From contig JAEOTR010000084.1 in NCBI GenBank assembly GCA_016839705.1, positions 22,132-86,131 on the forward strand: a stretch of 64,000 bases of DNA, in the 5' to 3' direction. Position numbers and translations under genes: made by a program. Below the pieces are notes generated by a model. That model was not told the DNA's origin. It saw only the letters and a list, made by a program, of their open reading frames with translations, and searched no databases. Below are positions 60,095 to 64,000 of the stretch, in pieces (within the stretch, counting starts at the first letter, position 1; each line of letters begins with the position of its first letter). The DNA is from Promethearchaeota archaeon. GTDB lineage: Archaea; Asgardarchaeota; Lokiarchaeia; Sigyniarchaeales; SOKP01.

Positions 60095-61729
60095 TTAATC
60101 AATAGGAGGAAGAAGCTCCTTCTTTAAACGTATTTTATCTACTTTACCAATTCTAGTAATGGGAAGGTCATTAGGATTGAGAGGATAAACAATAATTTTC
60201 TCAGGAACTTTATATTTCGCCAAATTTTCCCTACAAATCCCCATTATTTCTTCCTCATCCGAATTTTCAAATTGTACACCTAATTCAGGCCCAACAACCA
60301 ACCATACAACTTCTCCCTTAATCTTATCAGGTACCCCTAAAGCTGCCGCAATCGCTACTTTTGGATGGGAGAGTACTAATTCTTCAATCTCTGCTGGAAG
60401 TACGGTAAAGGCTCCTACCCGTATTATATCTTTTATTCTTCCCGTGATATACAACCCACCATCTTTATCCATATATCCCAGATCTCCTGTTTTACAAAAA
60501 CCTGTTTTAGTGAATCCAACTTTATTCTCCTCAGGCATTTTATAGTATGATTTACTTGTTAAAGGACTATGAACAAGTATTTCGCCAATTTCACCATATG
60601 GTAATTCCTCTTCCTCTTTATCAACAATCTTCAACTCCACTCCGGGAAGCGGTTTACCTACATAACCCTGAGCAAGTTTTTCTAGATTATCCCCTGGGGC
60701 GCTAAATGTAACTTCTGCTCCAGCTTCAGTACTTCCATATCCTATTATTATTTCATCACATATTCTTTCTTTTATTCCATGTAATAGCTCCCCAGATACC
60801 TTTTCACCTGAGAGAACAACTAAATTTAGATATTTTTTTGGTTCATAGGTATCCAGATCTGGTAATGAAAGTAAAATCTTAAACATTGTTGGAACGCCTC
60901 CCATAAAAGGAATATGATGCTCCTTCATTGCTTTCAGAGCATCCCATGGGGACCATGATGCTTGCACTATCATTTCAAGTCCACCAATTATCCCCGTTCC
61001 AAGAAGTTCAACAGTCCCACCTACATGACTTACGGGTAAATTTACTAAGTGTGTATTTCGCGATGTTTTAACGGTTCCCTTAAGTTGAAGCCATTCAATA
61101 ATTTTCAGATATTCAATATAACACATTTCTATTATGTTATGATGAGTTAATTCAACTGCTTTTGGTGTACCAGTAGTACCACCAGTCCATACAACAAGAA
61201 TTGTGTCACTCGAGTTTTGATTTTCTTTAAATTCTTTTAATTCCCTTTCAAAAGGATATTCTTTTGCTATTAGATCTTCAAAATTTTCTCCTAGTTCATG
61301 TTTACCCACTAATAGGTATCTAATATCTCCTAGATCTTCTTTTATTTCATTCAAATTATCAGCAATCTTATTCTTTTCCCATTTGTCTATGGTAATGATT
61401 ACTTTTGGATTTGAGTGAGGGATTAAAAGTTTAAAATCTGCTTTCTTATACTCCTTGTCCATTGGAATAGTTATAGCACCTATTTTACTGGCCGCAATAA
61501 AAGTGAAAATAAATTCTGGGGTCGTTGGTAATATTGTAACTATTGAATCTCCTTTTGAAATCCCCATATTTGAAAATATTTTAGCAAGGTGATCAGTTTT
61601 TTCATTAAATTCTCTTGCCGTTATTATTCTATGTTTCCCAAATCGAATTGTAGGAAAATTTGGTTCAATCTCAGCCCAATATTCTACGTATTTCCAAAGG
61701 CGATTCAGTTTTGGAATTTGTAACAACAT
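60095..61729 (-). CDS. AMP-dependent acyl-CoA synthetase (fatty-acid/aryl-CoA ligase)
   Basis: WTGGTTGTPK, GYGSTE, TGDLG, GRIKD, PITRIGK. Confidence 0.92.
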   Translation of the reverse strand: MLLQIPKLNRLWKYVEYWAEIEPNFPTIRFGKHRIITAREFNEKTDHLAKIFSNMGISKGDSIVTILPTTPEFIFTFIAASKIGAITIPMDKEYKKADFKLLIPHSNPKVIITIDKWEKNKIADNLNEIKEDLGDIRYLLVGKHELGENFEDLIAKEYPFERELKEFKENQNSSDTILVVWTGGTTGTPKAVELTHHNIIEMCYIEYLKIIEWLQLKGTVKTSRNTHLVNLPVSHVGGTVELLGTGIIGGLEMIVQASWSPWDALKAMKEHHIPFMGGVPTMFKILLSLPDLDTYEPKKYLNLVVLSGEKVSGELLHGIKERICDEIIIGYGSTEAGAEVTFSAPGDNLEKLAQGYVGKPLPGVELKIVDKEEEELPYGEIGEILVHSPLTSKSYYKMPEENKVGFTKTGFCKTGDLGYMDKDGGLYITGRIKDIIRVGAFTVLPAEIEELVLSHPKVAIAAALGVPDKIKGEVVWLVVGPELGVQFENSDEEEIMGICRENLAKYKVPEKIIVYPLNPNDLPITRIGKVDKIRLKKELLPPID

Positions 61730-61809
61730 TCAACCTCCTTATTTATTGTTAATATTCAGGATTTTGTATTAAATTTGGGAATATTTTTAAATTTAATTTT
61801 TGGATACCA

Positions 61810-62709
61810 CTAGTTCAAGATATATCCATTATCTTTAATTGCTATTATATCCTCTTTAAGAAATTTATCAAAATGTTTTTCTATCATCACTAATTCTGAA
61901 ATTATCTCAAAATTTTCAGAATTGTATCTTCTGTAAATTAAATTCAAACCTTTGAGATCAGTAAGGTGAATCGGCTTCTTCTCAGATAAATTAGATAATA
62001 TCCGTTCATCTCTTTTTTGTATAATTGATTTGAAATTGTTTAATTCCGCTTTCACATTATTGCTACCCACTACAGGATCTCGATGGCCTACTACCGCTAT
62101 TTCAATATCAATCTTTTTGAGTTTTTCAATTGAACTTTCAAATTCCATTAAATTTGAGTCAATTGTAGCATAATATGGAAATCGAGTTAAATCCATGTCA
62201 CCTAAAAAAGCAATTTTCGAGTTCATTTCATAAAACCCACAATGCCCTGCTGTATGACCTGGAATAAAAATGACTTTTAATTTCAGATAATCCCCGATAT
62301 TGATTATGTCATTTTCCTTAAAACATTCATCTATATGAGTATTCTTAATACCATAGAATCCAAGCATGGTAGAGAATTCATCCCCCGCATCTGTGTTCTC
62401 AACATTATAATATGGTAATATTTTCTCAATATCTTCTATTGGATGTCGATCCTTTGCATGACATAGGAATTTTGAGTTAGCTAACAAATGATTACCTGAA
62501 ATATGATCTTCATGCCAATGAGAGAGCAATACATTATTAATTGGATATTCCTTACTTAGTTTTTTTAAGTGATTGCTTGAAATTCCAGTATCAATCAAAT
62601 AATCCCCTACCAATAAAGAATGTGAAAATGGATAATTACCATTTCTCTGTCCTCTCACAAATAAGATATTATTATAATCATCTAAAAGTAGCTGAATAAA
62701 ATCTAGCAT
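61810..62709 (-). CDS. Metallo-beta-lactamase-fold hydrolase
   Basis: SHWHEDH, PGHTAGH, GD, GH. Confidence 0.9.
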   Translation of the reverse strand: MLDFIQLLLDDYNNILFVRGQRNGNYPFSHSLLVGDYLIDTGISSNHLKKLSKEYPINNVLLSHWHEDHISGNHLLANSKFLCHAKDRHPIEDIEKILPYYNVENTDAGDEFSTMLGFYGIKNTHIDECFKENDIINIGDYLKLKVIFIPGHTAGHCGFYEMNSKIAFLGDMDLTRFPYYATIDSNLMEFESSIEKLKKIDIEIAVVGHRDPVVGSNNVKAELNNFKSIIQKRDERILSNLSEKKPIHLTDLKGLNLIYRRYNSENFEIISELVMIEKHFDKFLKEDIIAIKDNGYILN

Positions 62710-62909
62710 CTCTATTCACTATACAAAAATTTGAAAGAGTTAAAGGTTTTACATCTCTTAAATATTTGGAATGTAAATTCACTCTCCTTTAAATTATTGA
62801 GGTTTTTATTCTTTTTTATAGATTTTCAATTAGATTAACTTTACACAAAATTGTATAGATATTATATAGAAATTTTCATTTCGATTTCAAGTGGTCGAGG
62901 TTTTACGAA

Positions 62910-63074
62910 TTGCACTATAGTTGTCCGAAATGTTTTTCAAAGAAAAAGCTTAGGACGGTAAGATATTTTCCCCCTATCGCAGTGAAATGTTCAGATTGTG
63001 GATATACTAGTCTAGAATCAAAATTTATCAACCAGAACGAGAAAAAATCAGTACAACTAAATTATCCACATTAA
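62910..63074 (+). CDS. Small Zn-ribbon protein (54 aa)
   Basis: Below the track's size cut-off. TTG after GAGG gives MHYSCPKCFSKKKLRTVRYFPPIAVKCSDCGYTSLESKF... Confidence 0.7.
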   Translation: MHYSCPKCFSKKKLRTVRYFPPIAVKCSDCGYTSLESKFINQNEKKSVQLNYPH

Positions 63075-63335
63075 TGTTTCGATATTTTTTTTTTTTTAAA
63101 TTTTATATTATACCTACAACTACACCCATTAAATTGAGTGCTAATATTTAATAGATTTTATTGCTTAATATTTATGTAATTCAATAGTTAAAAATTCTCA
63201 TTAAATACAACTAAAGGGTAAGATATCCCTATGGTTTATTTAAAATATAAGAGAATTGTCCAAAATTTACTAAAAAACAAAATTTTAAAATAAAGTCTTT
63301 TATATCATCTTTAATAAAAATTTACGATGTTTATT

Positions 63336-64000
63336 ATGAGAAAAACGAGAAATAAAAGAAATTCAATAATCTTTGCGATAATTTTAATCAACATTCTACT
63401 AATACCTTGCTTTTCACAAATCTTAACTAAACATATTCCTAAAGAAGGGCTCAATATTGAGTTTATACCAAAACTCAGTGCCCCAACAATTACAATAAAT
63501 GATCCTAGTGCGAATGATCTCTTTGGAAGCACTGCACCCGATTATAATGTAACAATAACAGATGGTGCGGGAGTAAATGAAACTTGGTATGAATTAAATA
63601 ACGGTACAGACTGGTCAGGAAACTTTACATTTTCGGGATCAACTGGTACTATAAACGAATCAACATGGGACTTTTTTGATAATGGGACCGTAACTATTAC
63701 ATTCTATGCAAATAATACATTAAGTGAAGAATCTTCACAATCAGTTACAGTACGAAAAGATATAGTCAATCCCTCAATTGATAGTATCGATTCCCCATCA
63801 TCTGGTGCCTGGTTTGGTAGTACAGCACCAACTTATAGTCTTTCCATTACGGAGGTTAATTTGGATGAGATCTGGTATACTCTCGATAGTGGAACGACAA
63901 ATTATACCGGAGCTGCGAGTGGGACGATTAATTCTACGGCGTGGAGTAATGCAGGTGAAGGACCCGTTACGATTATATTTTATGTGAACGATTCCGCGGG
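63336..64000 (+). CDS. Secreted surface glycoprotein with Ig-like repeats, partial (runs off right edge)
   Basis: Not in track. Basic+hydrophobic signal peptide, then two ~90-aa repeats (P.I.I..P....FGSTAP.Y...I......WY.L...GTI...W...G.VTI.FY.N) with many NxS/T sequons. Confidence 0.85.
   Translation, partial: MRKTRNKRNSIIFAIILINILLIPCFSQILTKHIPKEGLNIEFIPKLSAPTITINDPSANDLFGSTAPDYNVTITDGAGVNETWYELNNGTDWSGNFTFSGSTGTINESTWDFFDNGTVTITFYANNTLSEESSQSVTVRKDIVNPSIDSIDSPSSGAWFGSTAPTYSLSITEVNLDEIWYTLDSGTTNYTGAASGTINSTAWSNAGEGPVTIIFYVNDSA

Noticed and set aside
206-63987. Many short track ORFs overlapping longer genes (e.g. 206..391, 1503..1850, 8997..9488, 22499..22876, 30266..30577, 63311..63532, 63778..63987)
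   Set aside because: Antisense or off-frame shadows of well-supported genes, with no motifs of their own.
1-64000. CRISPR arrays, tRNA/rRNA genes, transposases, integrases, defence systems
   Set aside because: No regularly spaced repeats, no GC-rich structural-RNA-like tracts and no such protein motifs were seen by eye; a covariance-model scan would be needed to exclude small RNAs.

Overview
An AT-rich, gene-dense chromosomal segment from an archaeon, most likely an Asgard archaeon of the Lokiarchaeia type. This is inferred from archaeal information-processing genes (TFB, Rpo7/Spt4, RpoN, eS24/eS31/eS28/eL8/eL24/eS6, Kae1/Bud32) occurring alongside many eukaryotic-signature-type proteins: Arf-like and Rab-like small GTPases, two roadblock/LC7 proteins, gelsolin-like proteins, and WD40, HEAT and TPR/SNAP solenoids. 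Metabolic genes include acs, fae-hps, leuA/C/D, an ABC exporter pair and an acyl-CoA cluster. I saw no rRNA, tRNA, CRISPR array or mobile element. Several real genes are missing or truncated in the supplied ORF track. Most notable observations: (1) core genes (rpoN, rps28e, rpl7ae, a Rab-like GTPase, perhaps rpo7) have no in-frame ATG/GTG/TTG at the expected start and appear to start at ATA/ATT/ATC behind Shine-Dalgarno motifs; (2) a TrmB-family protein split by a ~525-aa helical insert with a basic/aromatic motif at its midpoint, a possible DNA-membrane tether; (3) a CoA-transferase-GNAT fusion lacking the catalytic Glu, divergent from acs, a possible acyl-CoA-sensing Acs acetylase; (4) two adjacent genes with paralogous ectodomains, one with an HF|S autoproteolysis-like motif and one fused to a cytoplasmic double wHTH. 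All calls come from reading motifs by eye; no searches were run.
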